From IMG/VR virus record IMGVR_UViG_3300010401_000007, positions 2,694 through 66,693 of that record: 64,000 nucleotides of DNA, one strand, 5' to 3'. The notes under the pieces are model-generated. The model was given only the letters and a program-made list of their open reading frames with translations. It did not search any database and was not told the origin of the DNA. The DNA is from a virus. The position numbers were made by a program, and so were the translations under genes. Of the stretch, positions 39,186 to 49,612 are shown one piece after another (the first letter of the stretch is position 1; each line of letters starts with the position of its first letter).

Positions 39186-40127
39186 TTAGCTAGCAACCGC
39201 TTTCGTCACACAGAACGTGAACACCGGTTGCTCGGTAGTAGTCCCAGTTAGGTCTGTAACAGTAACTTTGAACGATCCAGCACCGATTGCAGTCACCACG
39301 GCACTATATGCATCGGTTCCAGACTTTTGACAGATGTCAACCAAGTCATTCGCCCCCACGGACGAATTACTAACTGTAAAACTGAACGGGGTTGCACTTC
39401 CAGCAGCGGACACGAGAGTGATCTGACCGCAAGGGGTATTGATCGTCACCCCAGTGGTACGACTAGTACCCTGAGTAACGGTCCCACCCGCTCCCGTCGC
39501 ATACCCGATCCCACCACTGCTACTACTACTGAGGATCGATCCAGCAGAAGCGACGTTACCATTCGATGCCGTGACATTGAACTTGTTGGTGTTGACCGAG
39601 ACGTTACCTGTCACTGCCAGAGTGGAGGACAGGGTAACCGCACCAGTCACACCAAGTGTACTACTGAGGGTAGTAGCCCCAGTAACCCCCAGAGTCCCAC
39701 CGATCGAAGCATTCCCACTGGTCGTGATCGAGGTGAACGAGGTAGTAGAACTAGTCAGTTGCAGGAACACCGGACCGTTCACAACTGACTGAGTCGTGAT
39801 CAGGAAGTTAGCTGTACCAGTCGCACAGGTCGAAGGGGTAATCTGCACCCCGACGAAGTTACTGGCATCAGGAACAGCCCATGCGTAGGTCGAGTTGTCA
39901 GACGGGGAGAGGGTACTACCCCCACCGACACTGGCGAATGTGGACAGGTCGATCAGTCCTACATTGAACCAGTGCGTACCATCAGTAGTCGCTTGGACGG
40001 TAAAGGCGAGAGTACCGTAAGTACCACTCACCTGAATCGTCCAATAGTTCTGAACACCACTCAGAAGGGTGTTATTGACCGCTGTAGTCGGAGCGGTACT
40101 CGGTACTGAGAGACTGACTGCGGCCAT
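39186..40127 (-). CDS. Head fibre/decoration-like structural protein
   Basis: TLGVTGA.TLSS repeats; GIGYATGAGGTVTQGTSRTTGVT. Confidence 0.7.
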   Translation of the reverse strand: MAAVSLSVPSTAPTTAVNNTLLSGVQNYWTIQVSGTYGTLAFTVQATTDGTHWFNVGLIDLSTFASVGGGSTLSPSDNSTYAWAVPDASNFVGVQITPSTCATGTANFLITTQSVVNGPVFLQLTSSTTSFTSITTSGNASIGGTLGVTGATTLSSTLGVTGAVTLSSTLAVTGNVSVNTNKFNVTASNGNVASAGSILSSSSSGGIGYATGAGGTVTQGTSRTTGVTINTPCGQITLVSAAGSATPFSFTVSNSSVGANDLVDICQKSGTDAYSAVVTAIGAGSFKVTVTDLTGTTTEQPVFTFCVTKAVAS

Positions 40128-40195
40128 GTATGTGAGTCCTAGTTAGAGGCTAAGTACCGAGTCTGTTCTCTGAGAAAGAGGATGGACCATACCGC

Positions 40196-40651
40196 CTAGA
40201 TATTTTGTGCGACCCCAGTGGTGTATCCAGGGTTGAGTCCCCCGAACTTCGAGGCCATCAGGAACCCAGCGAAGATATACACACTGGTCCCGACAATCGT
40301 AGCGACCGCACGGACGTACTGGTAAGGTAGTGCCGTGATCGATGCCGCTACAGGCACTTGGAACGGGATGATCTGCATGGCAGTCGGAGTCGTGGTAATC
40401 GTAACGGCATCGTTATTCCCCTGATCCGTACACGTTACCCAACTACCCAGTCCGTCTACCGATGCTTGACACGTTACCGTAACGGAAGTCAACCCCACTG
40501 CCGCACCGACTGCGACTAGAAGGTTGATCCGGTTCGGTCCCACGAGAGTCTGAATCGCCCTCCCGTTCGTCGTCCCCGAGATCTGTTGGGGATCGAGAGA
40601 GGGTTGTACGGCTGCGACGATCTGGCTGAGATCGTTAAAATAGCTAGCGAT
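40196..40651 (-). CDS. Post-capsid head decoration-like protein with an apparent ATC start
   Basis: SD AAGAGGA-N7-ATC in frame, 36 codons upstream of GTG 40543; extension ASYFNDL..PSLDPQQISGTTNG. Confidence 0.65.
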   Translation of the reverse strand: MASYFNDLSQIVAAVQPSLDPQQISGTTNGRAIQTLVGPNRINLLVAVGAAVGLTSVTVTCQASVDGLGSWVTCTDQGNNDAVTITTTPTAMQIIPFQVPVAASITALPYQYVRAVATIVGTSVYIFAGFLMASKFGGLNPGYTTGVAQNI

Positions 40652-40796
40652 TGTAGTATCCTCTTAAGAGTTAGATGGTGGGATGGATTTCACATCCCTG
40701 CATCTACCTCCCGGTAGACTCTGACCCGAGGGCAAAGGGATGCTCGGGAGTTCACCCCTATCTCGGACTGCACACATCTAGACTATCTAATACTCT

Positions 40797-42377
40797 TTAG
40801 AAGTTAGGTCCAAAGCCCTGAACGTTCGGAAACCAGAGGAACGCACTCGGATACTGGAATCCGATGTCCCCGTACATAGTCCCCTTGAGGATCACTTGAT
40901 CCCGCAAGAAGGACACCCCGTCATGACCGTAGGTGAACTGGATCGCGGCGTATGAGGCGAAGATAGCGTATTGGAACATGCCGAAGAACACGTCAGACAG
41001 TCCGGTCCCAGACCCCTTCGTATTATTCAGCTTGAGGTTCGTAGTCTGGACTACCTTCCGTCCTCGGAACATGTTGGGGGAAGTCTCACCGAACCGTCGG
41101 AGTACATCGACCAACACCCCGGCTTGGTCACCAGCAGCAACAGCATCGGCACGGAGACCGACCGCTGATGCATACTGCATGGGGGCCATCACCCAAGTCC
41201 CACCCCCCGCGTCCATGTTGAACGACCGTTGACCGATGAACGCTGGGAAGTAGTCCCCGTACTGCGGAAGGAGTTGATTACCGTTAGTCCCGATACCTTT
41301 ACAGGTACTAGTAGCAGGATTGGTACTGGTCTCGACGTTCAGGACGAGTCCGGAGTATTCGTTACTCGTCAGACCGAACGGGACCGAGGTAGACCCCTGA
41401 CCGTACCATGCATACCCGTCGAGTTGCAGACCGAGAGATCGACCGAGTTCCATCTGACACATACTGTCGAGAGTACCAGACGTGAACTGAGTCCCTTCGG
41501 CAGTGAGACGGACCGCACCAGCGATCTTCTTAGCCGTCAGGTTCATCTGATCGGTAGTGAGTTGAGATACGGTGATGTCCTGCGACTCACCAACACTCTC
41601 GACACCAGGAGCCCCCATGATACGAGGTGCGACGTATCTCCCGTTCGGGGGGAGGGTCATCGCTTGGGCACCAGCAGCCAAGAACCCAGCTTGAGGCCGG
41701 ATGAGGGGGATCACCTCACCCTGAATTGGGGGAGTTACTAAGTCGGACCCTAGACCGTCATCATATGCCGATTGGGACGACGTATTGACCGGTCCGGACT
41801 TGACGATCATCCCCGCATGACGATCGACGATATACCCCTTCCGTCGTAACCAAGCTGCTTCATCAGGGTCGAAGGTCGGTCGGGTGGACGCACCCATAAC
41901 CGCCTTGACGTGCCGGAAGTCCGTTTCTACTTGACTACTACTCGTCAGCTTACCTCCATACGTCTCGTTCAGGTTGATCGGTAGCCAAATCCCCCCATCC
42001 ATAACATTAGGGGCGGATAGGGCACACCCCGTCCGATCCAGTACCGACTTGTACATCTTGCAGATAGCCGCTTCATGAGGGGCCATCCGTTCATCCTTGG
42101 CGATGAATGCACGGAGGAAGTTATGGAAGTTGAAGGGCTGAGAGTCAGTCCCCCAACTCTTTGTCTCCATCGGTGGGGTGCCAGTTTCGATCATCTCTTG
42201 GGCACGGTCATTCGGTACAGTCTGAGCTTCCTGTACCGCTTTCTCTAACCGCTGAACCTCTGCCCGTGCCGTAGCGAGATCCTGTGCGGTCGGGATCTTG
42301 GGTTTAGCAGCAGGCTGATTCGGGTTGGTCTTACCGTTCGTGGTCGGCTGACGGTTACCGGTAGCAGGAGTCGCCAT
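40797..42377 (-). CDS. Major capsid protein, HK97 fold
   Basis: GSDLVTPP..GEVIPLIR, VGESQDI, LTAKKIAG.V.LT.E, YGQGS, FLRDQV..K...YGD. Confidence 0.9.
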   Translation of the reverse strand: MATPATGNRQPTTNGKTNPNQPAAKPKIPTAQDLATARAEVQRLEKAVQEAQTVPNDRAQEMIETGTPPMETKSWGTDSQPFNFHNFLRAFIAKDERMAPHEAAICKMYKSVLDRTGCALSAPNVMDGGIWLPINLNETYGGKLTSSSQVETDFRHVKAVMGASTRPTFDPDEAAWLRRKGYIVDRHAGMIVKSGPVNTSSQSAYDDGLGSDLVTPPIQGEVIPLIRPQAGFLAAGAQAMTLPPNGRYVAPRIMGAPGVESVGESQDITVSQLTTDQMNLTAKKIAGAVRLTAEGTQFTSGTLDSMCQMELGRSLGLQLDGYAWYGQGSTSVPFGLTSNEYSGLVLNVETSTNPATSTCKGIGTNGNQLLPQYGDYFPAFIGQRSFNMDAGGGTWVMAPMQYASAVGLRADAVAAGDQAGVLVDVLRRFGETSPNMFRGRKVVQTTNLKLNNTKGSGTGLSDVFFGMFQYAIFASYAAIQFTYGHDGVSFLRDQVILKGTMYGDIGFQYPSAFLWFPNVQGFGPNF

Positions 42378-42416
42378 ATTAGGGTCCGTAGGTGGTGACG
42401 GTATTACTACCGGTAG

Positions 42417-45400
42417 TCAGTTGCGGTCACGATCTCGGATGTCGAGTAGCTGTTGAGCTAGCTGTGATGCTTGGTCCTTCCGATTCATCAACTCTTGATA
42501 TTCCTCTACTAATCTCGTCTCTTCAGGAGTTAGTTCCTGTTGTTCTAAAGACTTGTTTGTAGTAGAGGCGATCGGGGTTAGATCCTCCCTACGGAACCTG
42601 CGGGGTTTCCAGTCCATCGCTTCGAGTTCGGGGAATGATTTGAGGACTAGATACCCCTGAGGATCGACTAGTGGGAGACCACTGTCATCGAGTGACTTAT
42701 TCTGTTTCTTCTTCTTAGGGTTAGACTCTTCCTCGTCCTCTTCCTCACGATCGAGGTTAGCCTCCTCACTCTCCTCTGAGTCGTCAGTCGCTTCCGGCTT
42801 CTCTTCTTCTTGTTCCGCTTCCTCTTCCTCGTCACCCCCCGTCTGTTCTCCCCCCTCCTCGTCTACAGGTGCTTCCTCTTCATCCGTAATCTCTTCTTCC
42901 TCTTCGGGGGACACCTCCTCCTCATCTACCATCTCCTCTCCACCCATCTCGGTAGACGACTCCGCACCCAGTCCCATAGTTGCCTGGTCTAGCTTCTCCT
43001 TGAGTGCTTCGGCTTGAGCAATACAGTCAGAAGCCATCTGCTTCAGCATGAGACAGGTCTTACCGATGTACTGTCGTGTCTCGATGTCATCAGACTGACT
43101 ACCGTCCTCTTCGAGAGATGCACACCCATCCATCATGAACTGTGCAGCATTGAGTAGGGCACGTACCCCCGCTGACGGTTGACCACGACCCGCTGTATCA
43201 TCAGGGACCATAATCATCTCATCATCGATCGGGTCTTCTTCTCCCTGGTACTCTTGATCGATGTCATCGAATGACTTACCTTCGAATCCCCCCGAAATCG
43301 ACCGGAGGTGTTCGGCGTGCTTCTTCCCCGACTCCTCCATATGATCCGCTACGATACCGAGGTGGGTATCGGGAGATAGGCCGTGTTTCTGCATATGACT
43401 CTCAGCCTCATGCAGAGTCCTGTGTAGCTCCCCAGCTTTCTCATGCTGGTTAGCCGCAGCATGGAGGGATTCAGAGTGGTCGTGATTTAGTTCTAGATCA
43501 GCAGCACGACGTAAGTAGTCAGATGCACCCTTGTGGAAACTCTGTGCTCGTTCATGGTTACCAGACTCGGACTCTGTCCTAGCACGGTCCGATACGTGGG
43601 AGATCACATCTGCATTAGGATGGTGGTGTTGATCAAAGTGCCCGTGAGTCAGAGAGTGTGCCCATTCACTCTCAGCATGGGCTTCCCTCTTGGACCCCTC
43701 TAGATCCATTGCCTTAGTCTTCTTACCCCTCTTCTCCCACATGGAGTGAGCGATTGCATAAGCCTGCTTATTGTCCTTGACGGGCTTACCCCGTACCCCC
43801 TCCTTCATAATCTTCTCGATCTTCCCACTGATCCATTTGTTCTTCTCGTCATCTACTGACTTGTTCTCCATACCAGCGAATCGTTCTCCATGACTCTCAT
43901 AGGCACGGTTATGTGCTTTAGCTGCTTCGTAATGTTCTCTTCTCTCACGGTGTAGATGGGGTCCAAACGACCTATATGCCGATTCATGGTAGTTTCTAGC
44001 ACGTAGGTGACGCTCTGACGCTTCTGCCGAGTCTCCTCTCTCGGAGGCATCTAAGGCTAGTTGAGAGTGGTGATGTACGATATCGTGCTCTCCGCCAGTC
44101 TTAGGTATAGACGAGGTAACTTCGTGTGCTTCTCGGCTATGTTCTTCTGCTGACATCTCACCATGAGACTTCTTAGACTCTCCGAATGCCTTACCATTTC
44201 TCTGAGAAAGAGGAGTATGACCGTTATGGGACAGTGACGGCACCCGATTTTTAACCGAGTGTTGAGAGTCCAACTCATCTAGTGACTTCCGAAGACGGTG
44301 AACGTCCCCAGTGTCATACCCACCCCGTTCTTCCATATGATCGGCAACTACCCCCTCTGGAGTATCGTGAGGTAGTGTCTCGCTAGACCCCCCGTGGATG
44401 TATCCGTGAGCGTGATGGTGTGCCTTGGCGGTACGATGTGCCTCAGCAGCATCTTTATGGAGACCGGCTAGTCGATCATTTCCCTCGGTCAATGCCCGTT
44501 CATATTCCCGATCGTGAGTTTCGGCTGACATGTCGTGATGTTCAATAGCCGCTTGTCGAGCGTTGTTAGAGAATACGACACTCTTCCCATCCCTTACCGG
44601 AACACTTCTAGCGTGACTTTGGGCTCTTAAGGCCGATGTCCGTAGTCCGGCTAGTCTCCCCCATCTCTCAGACTCCGAGTGTAGGGACAGTGCTTTCTCA
44701 GTGGCTTCCTGTGCCGAATTAGAATGTTTAGTAGGATTAACGGCTTTGACTACCTGTCCGTTGCGGGAAGGAGTATCGATACGAACTGATACAGACCTAG
44801 GACGGGACATCAAGGCTGAGTCATCAGTAAAGGACTTGAGTACGAGAGGATGACACCGCTCTCCCGTCAGCAACTTACCAGTCCGAGCGATCTCATATGC
44901 TTTACAGATCGTGTCATTACCGTCCGCTAGAAGAGTTCTGCATCCAGGGTTGACAGGAGTCCGAGCATGGGCGTACCCATGACCGTGCCATCGTTCGTAG
45001 TGGTAAGCATCTCGATTATCAAGTAGCGACTTGGTATTCAGACTCCAGTAGTCAATCCCCTCTTGGCCGATAGGAGTGAACTCGATCGATACCCCAGTGG
45101 CGATATCATCCCTGATCAACTGTTCACACTGTCGGGCGGTGTCGAGACATTCCTGAATCGAGTACGTACCAACCTTACGACGGGTCCGAGGGTCATCGAA
45201 CTTGGTCCGATCCACACCGTCTAGGTCATTCATACTCTTGAAAAAGATGGACTCTCCCACAGCGACTGGATGAGTCTCGTTCTTCCAGTTCAGCGACTTG
45301 ATACTGACCGCACCATGACCAATCGGGATCTTATGAGTCCAGTTAATGACTGGGTACTCTTCGAACGGTGTCCAGATACCGCCATCGGGACGAACATAAT

Positions 45401-45515
45401 CCCCTGCAATGTCATGGAGAGGATATGTTAAGATAGACTCGACAGGACCATTGGCGAGTCGAGACTTAATAATACGGCCCGTGAGTGCCGTTAAGTGTTG
45501 AGGAGTGTTCATCAC
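42417..45515 (-). CDS. Prohead protease fused to His-rich cargo modules and an acidic scaffold-like tail
   Basis: DIAGDYVRPDG, PVINWTH..PIG, TGVSIEF, PVNP (HK97-type protease layout); directly upstream of the capsid gene. Confidence 0.75.
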   Translation of the reverse strand: MMNTPQHLTALTGRIIKSRLANGPVESILTYPLHDIAGDYVRPDGGIWTPFEEYPVINWTHKIPIGHGAVSIKSLNWKNETHPVAVGESIFFKSMNDLDGVDRTKFDDPRTRRKVGTYSIQECLDTARQCEQLIRDDIATGVSIEFTPIGQEGIDYWSLNTKSLLDNRDAYHYERWHGHGYAHARTPVNPGCRTLLADGNDTICKAYEIARTGKLLTGERCHPLVLKSFTDDSALMSRPRSVSVRIDTPSRNGQVVKAVNPTKHSNSAQEATEKALSLHSESERWGRLAGLRTSALRAQSHARSVPVRDGKSVVFSNNARQAAIEHHDMSAETHDREYERALTEGNDRLAGLHKDAAEAHRTAKAHHHAHGYIHGGSSETLPHDTPEGVVADHMEERGGYDTGDVHRLRKSLDELDSQHSVKNRVPSLSHNGHTPLSQRNGKAFGESKKSHGEMSAEEHSREAHEVTSSIPKTGGEHDIVHHHSQLALDASERGDSAEASERHLRARNYHESAYRSFGPHLHRERREHYEAAKAHNRAYESHGERFAGMENKSVDDEKNKWISGKIEKIMKEGVRGKPVKDNKQAYAIAHSMWEKRGKKTKAMDLEGSKREAHAESEWAHSLTHGHFDQHHHPNADVISHVSDRARTESESGNHERAQSFHKGASDYLRRAADLELNHDHSESLHAAANQHEKAGELHRTLHEAESHMQKHGLSPDTHLGIVADHMEESGKKHAEHLRSISGGFEGKSFDDIDQEYQGEEDPIDDEMIMVPDDTAGRGQPSAGVRALLNAAQFMMDGCASLEEDGSQSDDIETRQYIGKTCLMLKQMASDCIAQAEALKEKLDQATMGLGAESSTEMGGEEMVDEEEVSPEEEEEITDEEEAPVDEEGGEQTGGDEEEEAEQEEEKPEATDDSEESEEANLDREEEDEEESNPKKKKQNKSLDDSGLPLVDPQGYLVLKSFPELEAMDWKPRRFRREDLTPIASTTNKSLEQQELTPEETRLVEEYQELMNRKDQASQLAQQLLDIRDRDRN

Positions 45516-45561
45516 CCCGTCATCGGAGATGGGGTGTTATCTTAGTTGGGGGAGTGACTAT

Positions 45562-46074
45562 ATGGCTAAAAGTAATCGAGGTAACGGCCGTCAGGACTTC
45601 TCTGAGAAAGAGGAGAGTAGCCGGCCTATGATCACTCCGGACCCTAAAATACAGGATCTAGTAGTCAGTCGGGGGGATAGGATTATGATTCATACAAATC
45701 TTACTATAGGTGAAGGTGAGGCTACTCCCTCTTCCTCAGAGAATACTAACAGCACTCCCAAGAAGTCTCGAAGGAAGGAACCTCCTATCGCCATCACCAT
45801 GTTAGATCCTACCGAGGTAGGTCTAGCACTGTGGAGAGCGAGACTACTATTCGTCACCTTTATCGATCAGTTGGCCCTACTCCTTACCGACAAGATCACA
45901 GCAGCACAACTCAAGAAGGCTGCACAGGACGAGAAGTGTCAACTACTCTCCACTATCGAGAAATGGGAACCGATCAAGAGGATACAGGGGGTGCTAGATC
46001 GTATCCCTGTACCCCCCGATGCCGATATTAACCCCAAGACTGGACTTGATCAGGAGGATGAGGGAGATGAATGA
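45562..46074 (+). CDS. Hypothetical protein on the opposite strand within the head module
   Basis: GGGGAG SD then MAKSNR; contains two motif copies. Confidence 0.6.
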   Translation: MAKSNRGNGRQDFSEKEESSRPMITPDPKIQDLVVSRGDRIMIHTNLTIGEGEATPSSSENTNSTPKKSRRKEPPIAITMLDPTEVGLALWRARLLFVTFIDQLALLLTDKITAAQLKKAAQDEKCQLLSTIEKWEPIKRIQGVLDRIPVPPDADINPKTGLDQEDEGDE

Positions 46075-46174
46075 CTTGGAACTGATATGGTGGCCGGATG
46101 AGGCGATACTGTACATTATGGGAGATGAGGAGTATTATGTGATCATAGCGGATAACCCATTCGGCTACTCTTGG

Positions 46175-46651
46175 TTACACTCGAAACAGAACTGACATCC
46201 TCTTCTCTGTCTCGATCCCTCTGAATCGAGACACAAACTCCCTCATCGCATAGATACCCCATCGACGGGTCATCCATAGACCCGTCCAGGACCATCCCTC
46301 TCGATCAGGGTGGTCCTTGTCCCATCCTAATACCTGTGGGGTAACGATGATAGGGGTTCCGGCCACATACACCGTGACTCGGAACCCTAGGTTCCTCACC
46401 CTGACGATCGACCAGGGAGTTCTTCTAGTACACGGATACTGGAGAATCCTCTTCCATAAGAACCCATACTGTTTCTTATACCACTTCACCACCATCTCAG
46501 CAGCTTCACGGGCGGTGGGTTGAGACCCGAGATAGACGGTCCTCTCATTCACACGGATGATAGCTTGATACCCCCGAGGACGGGAGTTGCACTTGTATAC
46601 GTCTCGATAACGCCCAGTCCGGGCGTTATAGAGGATGTCAGTATCGTGCAT
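46175..46651 (-). CDS. AP2-domain DNA-binding protein without an HNH domain
   Basis: RYRDVY...YQAIIRV.ERTVYLGSQPTAREAA. Confidence 0.65.
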   Translation of the reverse strand: MHDTDILYNARTGRYRDVYKCNSRPRGYQAIIRVNERTVYLGSQPTAREAAEMVVKWYKKQYGFLWKRILQYPCTRRTPWSIVRVRNLGFRVTVYVAGTPIIVTPQVLGWDKDHPDREGWSWTGLWMTRRWGIYAMREFVSRFRGIETEKRMSVLFRV

Positions 46652-46889
46652 TCAGGTACTCTTGATAGGCCCGTTCAACGGCTCTCTTAGCAGCGGATAG
46701 GGTCTTCATCTTAGGTCGAGCAGGAGGATTCTGTAGATTATCAGAATCGAGACCCCATCCATATCCATTTTCCTTGGTACTACCTAGACCACCGCAATAG
46801 GGCGGTAGTCCTACGAACCCTACTCGATGTACACCTACATGATACCCATGACACCTATAACCATGTTCCCAATGGAGTTGTTCGGTCAT
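46638..46889 (-). CDS. Hypothetical protein
   Basis: KTLSAAKRAVE C-terminal helix. Confidence 0.55.
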   Translation of the reverse strand: MTEQLHWEHGYRCHGYHVGVHRVGFVGLPPYCGGLGSTKENGYGWGLDSDNLQNPPARPKMKTLSAAKRAVERAYQEYLNARY

Positions 46890-46897
46890 AGTCGGGA

Positions 46898-49612
46898 TTA
46901 TACAGAGGCGAGAGTCCCATAGTCTACAGTCGGTGTATCATCGGGGAGTGACTTATTCTTCCTCTCCTCTCTCAATCGCTTAGCGTGTTCTTCATGGATA
47001 TCGGCAGCATTTAGATGGTATACACGGGCGGTATCGTGTATAGACTTCACTTCAGGATCGTTAGATTCCTCAGATGAGAACTTGTGCCCCTCAGCGATAT
47101 TACGGTGTCTCTGTGCGATTTGAGAGTGATTCGGCTTATCTCTCTTCAACTGATTCCTGATCGCACTACTGTCTAGCGTCCTCAGATACTCTCTCCCCCC
47201 GTTACTATGTTTCGACTCCTTGGTACGGTCTAGGGCCAGATTGGATACGTGTCGGGGTTGCTCAGACCCGTGAAATAGACTCTCTCTTTCCCCCATCGAC
47301 TTTGTTCCCCTCTTCTCATTCATCTTCTCCCCAATCGCCTTAGCTTCCTCATGATCCTTAGCCGAGATATGGAATGCTCGGATTACAGGGAACCCAGCTT
47401 CCTTGAACTTGGCTAACCTCTTATGACCGTCCACTACATAGGACTGATGCTTGTCATCCTTCCATAGTGCGATAGGGGGCACCTTCATAGGATCGATTAA
47501 CTTGAACTCCTCACTCCGTCTCTCCTCTGATAGTCCGTCCTGACCATCGAACTCCTTATACTGTAACTTCTCAGGATCACACTGGATCGACCCCACCACA
47601 CACCACTCGATCTTACCCCCGTGTCGGAATGTCCCGTCTGGATGACGATGGTACTCTCGGTCCTCATCATCGATCACGACACCGTAGGGACTGGAGGTGA
47701 CCGGCCAAGGGGTGTCCTCAGTCGATTTGACCTTCCTCTTACTCTCCTGTAGGGCTCTCTTAGCGGCTTGAGACTTACTCAGTCGCTTCCCCTGATACCC
47801 TTCCTTGACGAGTTGCTTGGTCCTCTTCCGTACCCACCCCTGAGACTTGGGGTAGTTAGAGACGAGAGTTCCACCAGTAGAGTCTGTGTAGGCGGATTGG
47901 GGCAGAGACTTACCTATAATACGATCTGCCATCCTCTCGTCGCCCTCGTCACGTACTCGATCGGATGTTACATGTTCAGGGGTGTCCTCTCTGAGACCGT
48001 ACTTCTTATTATGATGAGCTACTAAATGGGCGTGAGCAGCTATCTCATTGAGTCTCTTACCTCTCTCGTGTCCTCTCTTGTCTTGAGGACTAATGCCCTC
48101 TCGTTCTAAGTGCTTACCGTGTTCTTCTGCCGCTAAGGAGTGATAATGATAGGCTTTTAGATGGTCTGCCTCATCCCCCTCGGTAACACCCCGTAACGCC
48201 TCTCTATGTCCCTTCTGAGAAAGATTAGCTGGATGAGATAATGGATATCGTTTTGTACGATTGATGACAGTGGGGTCACTCCTACTAGACGCTATGTGTG
48301 CATCAAGACTAGCACGGTAGGCGTCTATAGATTTACCTACCCGTCGAGTCGATCCCTGTTCTTGGTCGTTCTCCATATCCCCCATATCCTCAGACTCGTC
48401 AGTCCCCTCACCAATCGGTTGACCGTTCTCATCCAACTCCTGCTCCTTCTGTTGGTAGAGGTGGTCATCACCCCCCAACATATCCAGGAACCACTGTCCC
48501 AACTTACGGACCTTCCCCATATCAGGGACTTCACCTCTCGTCCCATTGGGATTGAGAGTATGATGGAGTTCAGCCAGTGTGTGTGCTGCGGCTAATCTCG
48601 ACACCGACTGTTCAGGAGCAATATCCGTCACAGGAATGTGTACCAGTGCATCGGCGACTGCATGACGGGCATGAGTGTTACCGTGTTTCTCATCGATCAG
48701 TCCGTATAGTTTCTCACTCTTATTACGGAACCGATCCATCAAGGATTTGGGGGCATGGACTGGGAGTCCTAGTACCTCGGTCAACTTCTCCTGTGCCATC
48801 TTGTTCAGATGGTGAGAGGAGTTGTATGGAGGGGGGCTAACTTCCGGTCGGGGGTTCTCTGAGAAAGAGGAGATCTCGTCACTATCCTCAGGGTTACCTT
48901 CAGTGTGTGACTCTCGGTCGTTACCGTTATCGTCCTTTTCTAACCTCCCATAGTCCCGACTCTTATCCCTCGACTTGACCCTTAGTAGATCGTCCCACTC
49001 TAGACGGGACTTGAACCCCGTCCCCAGACTCCTGATTCGATGTGCCGTCTCCTCATCCCCTTCATCATGGACCTTATCGGCGATGATTCCAGGGTCAGTG
49101 TCAGGATGGAATCCATGAACCTGTGCATGGTGTGCGGCTAGATTATGGGCAGCAGCACGACCATGAATATACTGTGCATACTCATGTCTCTTGGCCAAGT
49201 CCCCTACGGCGTTATTCGACCCTGGATCATGCTCATGGAAGGCAAGATCGTGGTATCTAGCAGCTTTTAGATATTCACCCGACTTAGCCGCGTCGAGTGC
49301 TTGTTGGGCTCTTCGTCGGGCTGGATGCTCATGGTGATATGTGGAGGCAGTCGTAGCATGATGTGCTGACCCCGAGAATCCTACTGGATCTAGTGCTTTG
49401 TACGTGACGGTAGACGGTGTGTGTACTACCTCTCTCTCAGAGAACTGAGTCGGGACGACGGGTTGACCCCTCTGAAAGAGAGAGAGAAGAGTCACCAACT
49501 GAGTCGTCTCACTCTTACCCTTATCGATACCCCGCTCGTAGGACTCACGGGCGAGTCTCTTAGCTTCCTTGCGTGCTACTGAGATCGGGACGAGTGGTTC
49601 GGTCATGATCAA
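46898..49612 (-). CDS. Polyvalent-type head polyprotein with His-rich modules and a ParB/Srx-like domain
   Basis: DPEKLQYK...PPIALWKD....YVVDGHKRL; repeated K(S/A) junctions. Confidence 0.75.
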   Translation of the reverse strand: MIMTEPLVPISVARKEAKRLARESYERGIDKGKSETTQLVTLLSLFQRGQPVVPTQFSEREVVHTPSTVTYKALDPVGFSGSAHHATTASTYHHEHPARRRAQQALDAAKSGEYLKAARYHDLAFHEHDPGSNNAVGDLAKRHEYAQYIHGRAAAHNLAAHHAQVHGFHPDTDPGIIADKVHDEGDEETAHRIRSLGTGFKSRLEWDDLLRVKSRDKSRDYGRLEKDDNGNDRESHTEGNPEDSDEISSFSENPRPEVSPPPYNSSHHLNKMAQEKLTEVLGLPVHAPKSLMDRFRNKSEKLYGLIDEKHGNTHARHAVADALVHIPVTDIAPEQSVSRLAAAHTLAELHHTLNPNGTRGEVPDMGKVRKLGQWFLDMLGGDDHLYQQKEQELDENGQPIGEGTDESEDMGDMENDQEQGSTRRVGKSIDAYRASLDAHIASSRSDPTVINRTKRYPLSHPANLSQKGHREALRGVTEGDEADHLKAYHYHSLAAEEHGKHLEREGISPQDKRGHERGKRLNEIAAHAHLVAHHNKKYGLREDTPEHVTSDRVRDEGDERMADRIIGKSLPQSAYTDSTGGTLVSNYPKSQGWVRKRTKQLVKEGYQGKRLSKSQAAKRALQESKRKVKSTEDTPWPVTSSPYGVVIDDEDREYHRHPDGTFRHGGKIEWCVVGSIQCDPEKLQYKEFDGQDGLSEERRSEEFKLIDPMKVPPIALWKDDKHQSYVVDGHKRLAKFKEAGFPVIRAFHISAKDHEEAKAIGEKMNEKRGTKSMGERESLFHGSEQPRHVSNLALDRTKESKHSNGGREYLRTLDSSAIRNQLKRDKPNHSQIAQRHRNIAEGHKFSSEESNDPEVKSIHDTARVYHLNAADIHEEHAKRLREERKNKSLPDDTPTVDYGTLASV

